Assembly (NCBI GenBank): GCA_016906335.1
Contig: JADEYG010000015.1
Span: forward strand, 310,001-374,000
Reading direction: 5' to 3'
DNA length: 64,000 bases
DNA from: Novakomyces olei
Taxonomy: Eukaryota
Under the pieces are notes generated by a model. That model saw only the letters and a list, made by a program, of their open reading frames with translations. It was not told the origin of the DNA and searched no databases. This document shows, one piece after another, positions 37,056 through 50,458 of the stretch. The first letter of the stretch is position 1; every line of letters starts with the position of its first letter. A program made the position numbers and the translations under genes.

Positions 37056-37457
37056 ATGGCTACCCGCAACACGGAGTCATTTACCCCAGGAGAACAAGTT
37101 AAACCACACAAACCACGTGATGAGCCCGTATCTTCGAGCGGCCATGCTCCGGGAATACAGGCCTCGCCTTACGATAAAGTTCCGCAAAACGAGCCCACAG
37201 TGTTACCCGCGGGAACAATTCAACGTGACGGGCGGCCTGCGGGTAGCTTAAACGCTCAGTATGGGAACGAGCAAGAAGCTAACCCTGAAAATCTCGGCGC
37301 GGATCCTTCGTTGCCCGGTGCTACTTCTGCAGATGTGGATATTGGAGCGGGCAAGCCTGCTGCCGGCACGACGAGCGCCGAAAGACACCATGATCTACAA
37401 CCTCACCGTCAAAAGCAGGGCACGGGGCTCGCGAATTTTGGACAGTCTACATTTTAG
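37056..37457 (+). CDS. Small hydrophilic fungal hypothetical protein (likely stress-related)
   Basis: 133-aa ATG ORF after TATAAA (about 36986); LPGATSADV..G.GKP..G.TS.E..H resembles a conserved ascomycete hypothetical family (from memory). Confidence 0.75.
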   Translation: MATRNTESFTPGEQVKPHKPRDEPVSSSGHAPGIQASPYDKVPQNEPTVLPAGTIQRDGRPAGSLNAQYGNEQEANPENLGADPSLPGATSADVDIGAGKPAAGTTSAERHHDLQPHRQKQGTGLANFGQSTF

Positions 37458-37706
37458 AGGCTCAACAGTTTAATCAGGCTGCCTAATTGAAATTGCTTTT
37501 GCTAATGACATGATAAATTGGGGGTTGAGGTTCCGAGGCATTTTTTTACATTATGATTCTTACCATCCTGTTGAATTACGCAGGTCTGAACTTTAAAAGT
37601 TTCAAACACTACAAACGATTAATTTTCCAAGGCTCTGTCATTTAATTAATTTATCCGTATCCTATTGAACTAGCTGGTCCAAGTCCTTGTAATATCTATA
37701 TTAAAG

Positions 37707-38656
37707 TCAACTGCTTCCTCCATTCGTCTTGGGAAACTCATACTGGAACACGACTGCATCCACCAGCCCATCAATCCCCTTCAGCCGTGCCGCGTCTTTG
37801 ATGAGACCTGCACGTGTAAAACCTAGACGATCCCATAAGCGCAACGACGCTACATTTGTTACAAACACAAGATTGAACACTGACGACTTGTATCCCTAGA
37901 CAAATTAATTTGGAATCCTTTCAATAATTTTGGACCTGGAATTAAGGCCAGCCCAGAACATGATTCCCTCTACTGAAAATAAATACCCTCAGAGCGAATC
38001 GATCTCGATTATATTGTTCAGAAAACAAATAGCTTTAAAAGATTTCATACATAAAATAGTACGGATTGTTAAATTAACGATAAAAAGAATAATAATTGAT
38101 AGAGAAAAGGAGCGCATTCCTACCAACTGAGGCGCAAAATGAAGGTAAGAAGAAGCCATGACGCGTCCGTATCCGGAACCGCGTTGCGCGCGGCACGTGA
38201 CAAATCCAGCATTACAAATATGCGAGCAGCGGCCGACATAGTTGGGTTTTATCTGCAGTAAGCATTGGGCCCCAAATAAAACACGTTGATTGAACTACAA
38301 AACGCAACAGCCAAGCCAAAACAAAAAGTTGGACCTACATAATAAGACCCGACCAAATCGGTATGCCAATCTCTAGAAGAGTCTGTAATAATTGCTTCGC
38401 TATCAAATTCTTCACAATTTTTCAGAAGCAGAATAACGTCTGCCGTAAACCAATACCGAGCAAAATCATCGACAGTGGAGAATTGCTCTTCGTAAGGATA
38501 AGTTCTGCCTTCTTCAATTATGAAATTGAACTCGCTTCTCAATTTTTCAACTAGCGCCAAGGGCAATTTGCCTTGCTGCCAAATTCCGCTGGGTACATGT
38601 GCAGCCCTTAAATGTTCGCCAGATGAAGTTTGCAGGGCGATTGGTTCGAGCGGCAT
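37707..38656 (-). CDS. GNAT acetyltransferase, Mpr1/L-azetidine-2-carboxylate acetyltransferase-like (3 exons)
   Basis: IEEGRTYP, GSYY/IKPNYVGRCSHICNAGF and GYKSSVFNLVFVTNVASLRLWDRLGF read from spliced exons. No Spt10 C-terminal extension. Confidence 0.88.
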
Positions 38657-39018
38657 ATTAACATAGTGCCCTCTTGTACGGCGCCTATAACGCGGTTAAA
38701 AGATAAAGCAAAATATATATTAAAGGACAGCAAGATAATATTTATTGATAAATAAATAAATAGATAAATATATTTATTTTTTTTAATTTAAAACCAATCA
38801 TTCAACTGATTCTTGGCTGTTTAGAGTTCAACCTAAACCATGCGGATGGTGGGTGGATGCTTCTTTTCCAGCAAGCACCATCTCGTAACTTGATCACAAG
38901 GTTGCTTAAAATTACGACTTATCTTGCTGCTGTATAAATGAGAACCTGAGGGTCTGAAGGGAAGGAACAACTCAATAATTAGAGATATATTGTATAGCAA
39001 AGGCGAAGCTGGGACAGT

Positions 39019-40722
39019 ATGGCGCCATTTTACCGATACTCGCATCAGAGGCGATCGCATATTGCCCGCAGAATATTACTGGCAACTTTCTCCATGGTCC
39101 TTTGCCTGTGGCTCTTTTATCGGCCGGTAACTTATCCTCAGCTCTTATTGATCGGTCAGCCTGCAAGGCCTATCGCTGATATATGCGTTGTCACATGCTC
39201 TAATCTACCATTATTAAGGTATTTACTGCCCTGCTCTAAGCTACCAGACTCCAGCTTACCTGGCTGGTTCCGGCATCCAACGGATCTGTACCTCGGAACC
39301 AGCTGGATGTCTCGGGCTAATGTCTATGTTCGTTTCGATACTGGCGTCACCAGCGACGAATATGTATTACAAGTCAGACAGGGATCACGTCCAAATGGAC
39401 AAGAATCGCAGAACAATGGCATTGATGGATGGAAGGCGAGGCCAGGTGGCATTTGGTTGGGCTACGGTCCCGACCGCAGTAAGGCTATAATGGGCGTCGA
39501 TGTATTATTTGGTGTTGATGCAGTAGACCCTCGTCCGTATTGGCAATTGCTTCCGACAATGCTAAATGATGGCCACGAAGCTATTTTATCATTGCTGTCA
39601 TCGTCCTCTGTAGCTTGTAGCAATGGCCAAAATAATGGCGATTGTAAGGAAAAAGAATTGCTCCCTCTTCGAGTGCATAAGGGCAAATACAAAATTTTAC
39701 AGTTGGCGGATATTCATTTATCTACAGGAACCGGTGCGTGTCGAGATGCTGCAGAAGCTGCGTGCGAAGCCGACACACGGACACTGCAGCTAGTAGAGCG
39801 AATCTTGGATTTGGAGAAGCCTGACCTTGTCGTTTTATCCGGTGACCAGGTCAATGGGGACTCTGCTCCACATTCTAGATCTGCTGTTTACAAAAGCGTA
39901 GAGCCAATGATCCGTCGAGGGATTCCGTACGCCGCGATCTTTGGTAATCATGACGATGAGGGCGATTTAACGCGAGCGGAAACCATGCAAATTTTGGGGG
40001 CTTTGCCTCTCAGTTGGAGCAGAGCAGGTCCTGCAAGTGTTGATGGTGTTGGGAATTATCATCTTCAAGTATTGAATGAGAGGTATGTTCATCATTAAAT
40101 CATTAATCATTAATCATTAATCATTAATCGTTGATTATTATTTAAGTATTATTAACGTTTTCTAACCTCAAGCTCTGACGCGACTTTGATCGACCTGTAC
40201 TTTTTTGATACCCATACATACACGCCGGATCACAAATACCCTGGCTATGATTGGGTCAAGCAATCGCAAATAGACTGGTTCACGGCAGAATCTCAAGACC
40301 CGGTTTCGAGGCTATCAGCAGCCTTTATTCATATCCCCTTGCCCGAGTACCGAAACACTGATGCAGTTATGGTGGGCGGTATTCTTCGTGAACCTCCAAC
40401 TGCTCCCACTTTTAATTCGGGTCTTAGAAACGCATTAATCTCAGCGGGGGTGAACCTTGTTACCGCTGGCCATGACCATGCCAACGACTATTGCCTTTTG
40501 GACCGTGAAAGTAATAGCATCGCTCAAGGAATCGCTCTTTGCTACGGCGGTGGATCGGGGTACGGAGGTTACGGAGGATATGGAGGATATGTCCGTCGAT
40601 TGCGGGTCTTTGAGTTTGATACTGACAAACGGTCAATTCAATCATGGACTTGGCTCGACGGGGCCGATTCTCCCCAGGAGCATGTGACCCTAGCACGAGG
40701 TGGTCAGCTTGCGCTTCAATAA
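39019..40722 (+). CDS. Calcineurin-like metallophosphoesterase, Dcr2-like (2 exons)
   Basis: N-terminal TM; KILQLADIH, SGDQV, IFGNHD, FIHIPLPEY, GHDHANDYC, GYGGYGG. Intron 40083-40172. Confidence 0.9.
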
Positions 40723-40738
40723 ATATATGTGCACGCAC

Positions 40739-40769
<31 letters not shown>

Positions 40770-40870
40770 ATTGGTGAAAGAGACCAAAGATGATGTGAAG
40801 TATAGAATAGTCCGTGATATTGTCATTATAATGCAATGACAATGTATGTTTGTACAAAATGTCTGTGTCA

Positions 40871-41695
40871 TCAATTGCCTCTCGTAAGCTCTTCTATCCT
40901 CAACCCTAACGCTTTTCGCCGCTTTGTCATCCAATCTCCTAGCTGAGCCCAGATTTGCTCCTTTTCTTCGCGCGAGTAAGCAGCAACGCGTCCACTCGTA
41001 CTGGGAGCAACGAATACAAGGCTCCCAGCCCAAGCAGCCAAAGGATCCTCGCCGAACCGGCAGTCTGACTGAAACCCAAATTTAAAGCCCGACGAAGGCG
41101 GAGCACCGTACTTGTACCGGCAAACTGCGTCCCAGATGCCTTTCCCGCAGAAGCCAACTGCCTCTGGACGCAATCTTCGTATTTTATCCTCCAGTGCCTT
41201 TGCGTCTGACACCATCTCTGCCCGTGAGAGCTCAGACTGCTCTGCTGTAGGCCGATGGCAAAGGTTAGTAAGCCCAACGCTCCAATCAGTGGGCAGAGTT
41301 TGGTCGCGCGAAGGATGCAAACGCTCGCGACTTGGAACGACACGTGAACTGTGTAAAAGACGCCAGAATAAGTTTGTTGGACCAGAGAAAGCGTGCCCGG
41401 CCTGAGCCGTCGCAATTCCCGGATTGAGTCCTACAAGGACTAGAAGCAAGCCAGGCGCTAAGGCGTCTGGGACTTGCTTCAAGTGAGAATACTGAGATGG
41501 AGGCGCGTACCCTCTGGATTTCTTCCTGGCCTTCTTGATTTTGCCCTCTTGCCCGCGGATTTCTTTACGTGCCTGGCTAAAGTTTGGGCTGGCATGATTT
41601 GCAGCAACATCACTTAGCCGGTAGGCTTCGAGTATTCCCCCAAATGACGCTTTTGGTCTGTTTGCCGATACATCTTGGCCGGAATTGTCGTGCAT
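40871..41695 (-). CDS. G/U mismatch-specific uracil/thymine DNA glycosylase (TDG/MUG family, Thp1-like)
   Basis: VGLNPG, GHAFSGPTNLFW, GLTNL, PSTSG motifs. Confidence 0.92.
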   Translation of the reverse strand: MHDNSGQDVSANRPKASFGGILEAYRLSDVAANHASPNFSQARKEIRGQEGKIKKARKKSRGYAPPSQYSHLKQVPDALAPGLLLVLVGLNPGIATAQAGHAFSGPTNLFWRLLHSSRVVPSRERLHPSRDQTLPTDWSVGLTNLCHRPTAEQSELSRAEMVSDAKALEDKIRRLRPEAVGFCGKGIWDAVCRYKYGAPPSSGFKFGFQSDCRFGEDPLAAWAGSLVFVAPSTSGRVAAYSREEKEQIWAQLGDWMTKRRKALGLRIEELTRGN

Positions 41696-41903
41696 GTGAG
41701 GGCCAAAGAGCCAATATAGATTATACTATATTAACGAGACGGGGTAAAAATATAATAAATGTCCGTAATTTCATATATATTAACAAAATAATAAAAAGTA
41801 TTAGAATATAATGAATATCCAAAATATAGTAAATATCCATAATTTACTATACACGGCTACGGGCACGTTTCATCTGCGATAATTCCAACGGCTTCTCAGT
41901 CAG

Positions 41904-42748
41904 ATGGCGCCATTCTACTGCGACTATTGCGACGTGTTTTTAACTCACGATTCGTCCAGTGTACGCAAATCGCACAATGTGGGCCGCAACCACCTTCAAC
42001 TAATCCGCGATTATTTTCAAAGTATCCTTTATGGCTGCGAAAACTTGTTAACTGGCAGATATATACGACCAATATGCGCAAGCGAATGTGGACCAGATCG
42101 CGGCAGCGCACGAGAGCGGCATAAACTTGTATCGTGACGGGCCGAAACGCACGTTTTACGGACAGCTACAGTTGCCGCCGCCTCCTGTAGCCGTTGTACA
42201 ACTGCCACAAGCCTATGCTTTTCCTCGTACGTCCTCCCTCGCACAATTTTATCTGTTTTTCTTGCCTGGTTTTCTCAATCATTTTGCTTTATGTCTATCT
42301 TCGGCTTATACAATGAGCCCTGATCGTAATGGCCTCTGTATATATTTAAAATCTTTGATGTGCCATCTCCTCTGTGTAACCCGTTGCTATACGGGAACAG
42401 CCAAGTATCTCATCTCTTTTGCTTTTAATCGTTTCTTTTGTCTCCAATTAAAGTCGTCTATATTGTCTTTCCAAAAGCATTTAGAGCCGTGCTTTTCGTC
42501 TGTCTCATTATATTGCCTTCTCCTGGCGCACATTAACAAATCAGCTCAGTCTACTCGCAATCCTCCTAAAGTCGGACAGCCGCCACCAAACATTATTCAG
42601 CCTGGAATGCAATGTAAGCTCAATTGCCTTTACAATATCTCTAACTTTTATAGTGCAAGGTGTACCGGGGGCCCAGCCTGGATATGCCAGCGCAGGATCT
42701 GGGCCTTATGGGCAAGCGCCACAGAGCTCAGGCTATCGTGCTTACTAG
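41904..42748 (+). CDS. YHC1: U1 snRNP protein C (4 exons)
   Basis: [26 protein letters not shown] matrin-type zinc finger and Pro/Gly-rich tail. Introns 42022-42058, 42227-42544 and 42614-42653. Confidence 0.92.
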
Positions 42749-42990
42749 TGCATGATTTCTATTTCGATACCCTCCATCTCTAGTATTTGACTTCCATACT
42801 ATTGAGGCAGTATATATGTGTATTCAATATCTCGTTATTTCGTGCCAGATTTACGCTCAATCTAGGGCTCTATTCGCCAGTTACTGTATATTATTCACTT
42901 TTAGCCAGATTGTCCCAAACTTTGATTCGAGTATGCATCAGCTACATCCACAAACCTTAAACACATGCAAAATCTTTAGAAAGAAATGCC

Positions 42991-43873
<883 letters not shown>

Positions 43874-45937
43874 CTTGCACTCTGAAGGATTAGACTTGCT
43901 GCAATAATACGCAAGTTGGTCTGCAGAGATTAGTCGCTTCGCGCTAAGACCAGTCAGTTTGATCCTTTAAACTGTTCCTAACTATAAGAAAACCCTACCT
44001 GTGTCATCCTTAAACCGATGCATTTCATTGGTTGGTCAACAAGGGTATATTAAGCGGGAAGACAGTACAATTGGGTAATAATTACGTTATATACGTTCCG
44101 TATTGATTACATAATCGTGTACTGTTTGCTTGAACCTTCTTGTTGTTCCTGCGCAACATGATTTATTATGGTGTTTAAATCCTTTAATTGCTTATAATAT
44201 AATGATGTATGAAACGACGTGTTATAGTGTAAGAATATTATTTAATACGGGGAATACTGCAATAAGCCCAATCGTTCGTTGATTGAACAGACAAGAATCG
44301 ATCATGATTGATTGCCGAGCGAACGGCTGTTAATCCTTATGCGCTTTACACTATTTGTTTATACTATTGAACTCTTGAACGTTAATTACGCAATACGCTT
44401 ATGGGGACTGTTGAATTTGCAAGCCATTATTTCTGTATAGCAAAGTATTGTGATCTTATTCCGTAAGACACTAATTTTATGGTCCAACACTGAGGCATTT
44501 CATATTCATACTACACGAGCGTAGCCTTATTTTCATTAATATAAGCTGCTCTTCATAAAGCTAAAATGTCAACTAGCGCCTGCAATAATAATTTGGTGCT
44601 TTCGCCCCATGATTACAGTTATGCTCGACTAAATCCTTATCTGCCGGCGTCACGTGCTGGACTGTGCGCTGAAGCGATCAAGCAGGATATGCTTGGCGTT
44701 GAGAGTACGTCATGATGGACCCATAGAGCAGAAGATTAGTTTTCATCCGGCATTACAAGTCTATCAGAATTGAAAACTAATAGAAAAACAGGAAAATAAT
44801 TGCGACGATCAAAAACGCTCGCCTTGGCAGACAGCTGCCAAGACCGTTGAAGAGTGTATACGTAAATAAATTTTAGTCGCGAATAGATAAACAAACTAGT
44901 CCTATTCAGAATTGTTCTATTAAATTTAAAGAAAAAAGCAATATCGGCAAAAACACCCCGCAATCTTTCAAGACAAGCGCGAAACGAGCCAACGTCTGAC
45001 GAGGCTCTTTTAGATACGGGCATACTGCCGTACGCAGATAACAAACATGAGACGTTTTACATATAATAAACTTTTTATAGTACGATATAACCAGATATCT
45101 ATAATTTCGTTTAATAAACATTGCTTATATAACTTGCTGTATATTAAGACATATTGCTCAGGAACCAAACACTCGGTTCTGCACCGGCAGATACAAATAT
45201 CCACAGTTGATCGCCCTTAAAGTCTTAGATGCGGAGCTTTTGCGCACGCATTTAATTCTTCTTTAATGCTGTCTAAGCCATCCTACTCTGCCATTGGGAG
45301 GAGCGTCCGCTAGTAATTAGTTCAACGTTTCTTTGTTTATTTATTAAGATTTGAATTGGGCAATTGCCCCAGCGCTCACTGTCGATTCAAATTGCTCGGC
45401 ACACAATCATCTGTCGAAGACTTTCAACGTTCTGAAAGGGCAAACTGCTCTGATTAATTGTTTGGTCGTACATTTAATTGTTTATATTACCTATTTATCT
45501 ATACACTCAATTTCGGCTACTTGGATTGCATCAACGAGGTCCTGATATTCATATTGCCTTGCCGGTTTTTCTGGTCCTGCAATACTATTGAACAACTGCA
45601 GCGTTGGCTAATTTAGCCAACGTGCCGACTTACTTTCTTGTTCAATTTGATTTACAGATTCATTTCCTTTTTGATATCGCCCATCAGTGAGATTCAAAAG
45701 CAACTGATAACCGACTCTTAAACTCCACTCGCACTCAATCTGCCTAGAAGTCTTACGATCGCTTTTCCAATTTTTTATTTAATTTATTCACAACAGTGGC
45801 ATTGCCAAAAGAAGGTGGCAGCGACAGTGCGCTGCCACTTTTCACACCTTCTACGCCTGTAAAAAGGCGCAGATGCTATTGGAATTTTGCACGGCGAGGC
45901 GGATTTACTCGACGGTTTCAAAGACGGTTCAGAAAAA

Positions 45938-46680
45938 TGATTGTTATTGCCGCTGCAGTGTTGCTTGTGCTGATTGTTCTGCTTTGCGGCATTTACGCCC
46001 CGCCACGGGCTCTTTTACCGACGATAAAAAGATTATTTCCTGACGTCATTTTCACCGGTGAACACGGAAAGAGCGCGCCAAACAATGATATTATACGCCC
46101 ACGCGTTGCGTGGACGTACGACGACGTGCCTTCATCCTTTACGCGGCGTATTTTAGACGCGGCAGAGGCTGGGGGACACAGGGTAACATTGTTTTGTATT
46201 GGCTCTCAAATACAACGTAATCCAGAAGCCCGTAACCTGCTCGTACAGGCAGTTCAAGCCGGACACGAGCTAGCAAATCACGCAATGTATGATGAACCCA
46301 CGTGGCTTCTGCCGCGTGGGCAATTGTCGCGCCAAGTTTTAATGGTGGACGAAATGATTGAAAGCTTATATGCTGAAGCAAATGTTACGCGTCCCCCGAC
46401 GCATTATTTTCGACCTGGATCAGGCGTGTTTACCGGGCCAATGATAGGGCTTCTGCGTAATATGGGATACAGGCTGGTCTTGGGTGACGTTTACCCACAC
46501 GACGCGTTTATTTCTTGGCCCGGGATCAATGCTCGTCACGTGCTTTGGAACTCTAAACCGGGGAGTATAATAATTAATCACGATCGCCGATCTTGGGCTC
46601 CTGAACAAGCTGAAACAATTTCACACGGTTTGAGTGCACGCGGAATTGAATCTTGTACACTGAGCGAGTTACTGGCCTGA
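45938..46680 (+). CDS. Polysaccharide (chitin/NodB-type CE4) deacetylase with N-terminal membrane anchor; start uncertain
   Basis: TYDDVP, GHELANH, YFRPGSG, DVYPHD, GSIIINHD. The frame is open upstream to 45796, after an acceptor-like CAACAG. Confidence 0.85.
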
Positions 46681-46952
46681 AGCGTTTACCCATTTTGATT
46701 TGTGCATTATCGTTTTCAAATCATCACATTATCACATTATTGCATTTTGTCTATAATTTTGTTGACTATTCTTCAACGCTTAAACCTGTATTTTTATCGT
46801 TTATGAACATTTTTTTAGTAGAGTATCTTATTACGCCTATACATACAACTTGAATATATGTATATATAACCAAAATTTCTGTCTTTATGCTTCTGATCTA
46901 GCTGAGCAGTGCCCAATTTAATAACTGCTGTCTGGATAAGATTGCCTGGTAC

Positions 46953-48241
46953 CTATACGCTCTCTATCTTTGTGGCTTTCACAATAACGGGGATTAGTCC
47001 GGCTGGCTGTAAGTCAAACTCACGATGGTGAGTTACGCGCAAGAGTCCTTTGATAAAGCCTGAATGCGATGTTATAGACACAAAAAGAGACGGATCATTA
47101 TCAAAAACCCATGAAAGACCAGTGTGAACTCGGGCATCGACGGACGAGCGTGGCTCACGGTCGTCTGGCGTGAAAAATTCGTCGTCATCGCTCATTTCCG
47201 GATCAAAACTGAAATCTGGGAACCGCTTACGGACTATGGAAATACGACCACGCCGGTCGCACATGTGCTTTCCTGATCTCTCTCGCCACCACTGAAATTA
47301 GCTTGGTTAGAAAAATAAACAAACGAACAAACAAATAAATAAATAACAATTATTTGATTGTCGATTTAAACACAAGCAAATGAAATGTTAGATACCTCTT
47401 GCACTTTGGGGCGCAGGCGCAAGCTTCCTTCGATAAGTAGATCTCCACTATAATTTAGCGTGGAAACTAAATGATGCTTACAAGGAAATTTGACATGTCT
47501 GCAACGTACGCAAAAAAGGCGAGCAGTATAATGAAGTGGGTGCAGGCGCACCTTTAAGTACCATCGTTTTCCATGTCTTGTTGACACGCTCCACTTGTTC
47601 CTCGCCATATTGAGTTAGCGCTGGGTCAGGGGCCCAAGTGAATTCGTCATCACCAGTGACAAAAGCCCATTTACTTGTCCAAGGTTAGTTGTCGGAAAAA
47701 AACAAAAGCGAAATATCAAAACAATAAGCCAATATATCATAGACAGAGAAATTAAAAAGTAAGCTGGACCGCTAGCAAAAGCGCTATAATCTGATCGATC
47801 TTAGCATTTGAAATGCATTATATGCCAACTTGTTTCAATTGCACGACCAATTGACCACAATGAGACATGAATTGTATGTCAGGGGACTAATCAATCGTTA
47901 TAATGATTGATGTTTAGCTGTAAACAAAAGTGACAAATATACCTGTTCCAAGCCTCTGTTCCATATTTAGCTTCGGCCTTGTTGTGGTAACCTTGGCCGT
48001 GGCGGCTAGCGTAGATAAGCTTCACGCGAGAGTCAGGTCCGGCTTCTGCATTAAGGTCTTGCACGTGCTGAATGAGCCACTCAAAAGTATGAGGAGCACG
48101 TAAACCAAAGTTGGACGAGAGCTGTGAAACATTTAAAACTGTGAAGAACTAGAGAGTGAATACCTCATCGAAATTAGAGGCATCTGTCTCTGGATGTGAT
48201 TGGTCAAATACACCTGGAACGAACTCAAATGTCCAGGGCAT
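46953..48241 (-). CDS. Histidine phosphatase / phosphoglycerate-mutase family, Pmu1-like (multi-exon)
   Basis: SRHGQGYHN, DPALTQYGEEQ, CSPFLRTLQT, CDRR, SITSHSG assembled across several introns. Confidence 0.85.
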
Positions 48242-48715
48242 GTTTAAATGAAGATGAAGCAGTTGATATTTGAGGGTTAAAAGCGACTTCTAAAGAATTA
48301 TTTAGGGTTAACCCAGCTTGTTAATAATACAGAGGAAAATGTTCAATGGTATAGAATACAGGAGGAGGCTTTCATGTTGGTGTTAACTTACATTAATTTA
48401 GAATAATATCGTTATATGAGTTAAAAAAAAAATTATATATATATATTAACAAATACATAAATATTATATATTATAAAATTATTTAATGGTCTGCTAATAA
48501 TGGTGAAGATACTCAAATCCTTCATAGTAGTTGTGCACCAGGCGAGAGCATTGAAATCATGTAAAACAGGTATTGCAGACACGTCCAACGCGGCACAAAA
48601 GTATTACAGCAAATATGAAAATATTTTGACACTACAATCAGCTAAACAATTATCTTGACAAAGTAAACCGTTGACGTCTAGCCTTGACACCCAATTTTAT
48701 TAACCCAACCCGAGC

Positions 48716-49381
48716 TCAGTGCGCGGCCAGAAAGTGATTAACGTATTCGCGACGATACGAGTTATCGTCGGTAGTCGTGTCTGAGCGGCTTAGAGGCGTC
48801 CATTTTGGTTCAGTCTTGAACAGCCGCACTGCGCGTGTGTAGTCCCTAGTTGAAGGCGTATAGCTGAAAAGTTAGAGCCAGTTAATTCACAATAGAATAG
48901 ACTAAACCGCGCAAGGAGAACGAGGCCGCCGCTAAATGGAACACGTGCATACCGATGATAGATACCAGGCGGAAGAATAAGCAGATCACCGCGCTCTAAA
49001 GCAATACGGATCCACTTATCGCCCTTACTGCGAACATCGAAAAACCCATCGCCGTCCACTCTGTTTATGTTTAGAGGGCAATTAACAAAAATTACAGACC
49101 ACTTACATGAAACGGATCTCTTCGTCCTCGTGCAAATGCTCGTCGAAAAAGACTTCAAGTTTCTTGGCGTACGCGTTGCCCAATGTGGCCGCGCTTACTT
49201 GAATCTCGTCGCGGTGCTGATAGCCACGCTCTTTAGCAATGCGATCGACCTCGGCCAAAGCATCTTCGCCATCAAAATGCCAATACAAAACACCCAAGTC
49301 TTCTAGTTCCTCAGCCGATACATCTGCTCCACGGTTCGGTAACCGCTGGTCGCCCTCGTCTTGAAATACGTAGCTCTTCAT
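48716..49381 (-). CDS. ADI1: Acireductone dioxygenase (methionine salvage; 3 exons)
   Basis: [48 protein letters not shown]. Confidence 0.95.
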
Positions 49382-50458
49382 TCGCGAATGCTTTTTTACC
49401 AATCGCAGCCTATAAATTATCTATTTATTGTGTGGTGTACGGTGATGCAATATGGCACAATAAATCTATGAGCTTTAGACTATGAGCTTTAGACTATGGA
49501 GCACTTTATATAACTGAAAATATGAAGGATGCGAGATAAGTTAAATTAATTATTAGTGGGAAACGATGGCATAAAATGAGTAAATTACAAAACCCTATAC
49601 AAAATATTTATCGTGTTAAACGGTAGAGTGCGCTATCGCAAACTACCGAGGCGCTGGAAAACGCATAGAAAGGTCAGCGCTAAATGAAAGCAGCTTTTTT
49701 TAGCCGCAAATTAATTATAGAAAAGCGCCGAAACAACAAGTGACGGATAATGGGTCTGCCGGATTTGATAATTTGATAGGTTGACTTGTTTTGTTTGCGC
49801 TACTGCCAAAGGGACCGGAACCGTACGAATGCAACTGATTGCGAAATTCCGGGGGTCTGTAACCTGTTCGCGCGGCCTCAAAGTTCGGTTCGAGGCAAAG
49901 AATTGCCATCCGATTGCTGAGTTTTATTTCGTCGTTGGTCGGCCGTCCGATTTAGGCTCAGATTACCCAGTTTTGTTTGATAATTTTATACCACGGCCAT
50001 TATCGAGATTGAGATATGAACTGTGAAAGCTGGTGACTATACAAATGAATCTCATAGAATGACTATTAGTGTGAATTGCTTGCTAGTTGCTTGTCAAACG
50101 CCTCTTACTCCTGTTTGATGTCTGCTTCGAGCATTTGTTTTAACGAACGCGTGAAATTAACAACTGGTTCATATTTCCCTTCCTTGCTTTATCTATGTAT
50201 TTATTTTGTTTTATTCATTCTATTTCGTGAAAGAAAAAGCTTTCAACTGTCTCTGAAATTGCGCGATTAATTCTTTCGTCAGACGAGTTTGAATTTCTGA
50301 GAAACATAAAGTCAGATGCTAAAATGCTTAAACGTCAAAAACCAAAAGGCACGTTATTGCGCGAACCGTACATAAACCAAAACTACTGCGTAAAACAAAA
50401 TCAAGACAAATCGACTCCGATCTCGTTACCGCAGCCAGCGACTACCCTTTCAAATCTG

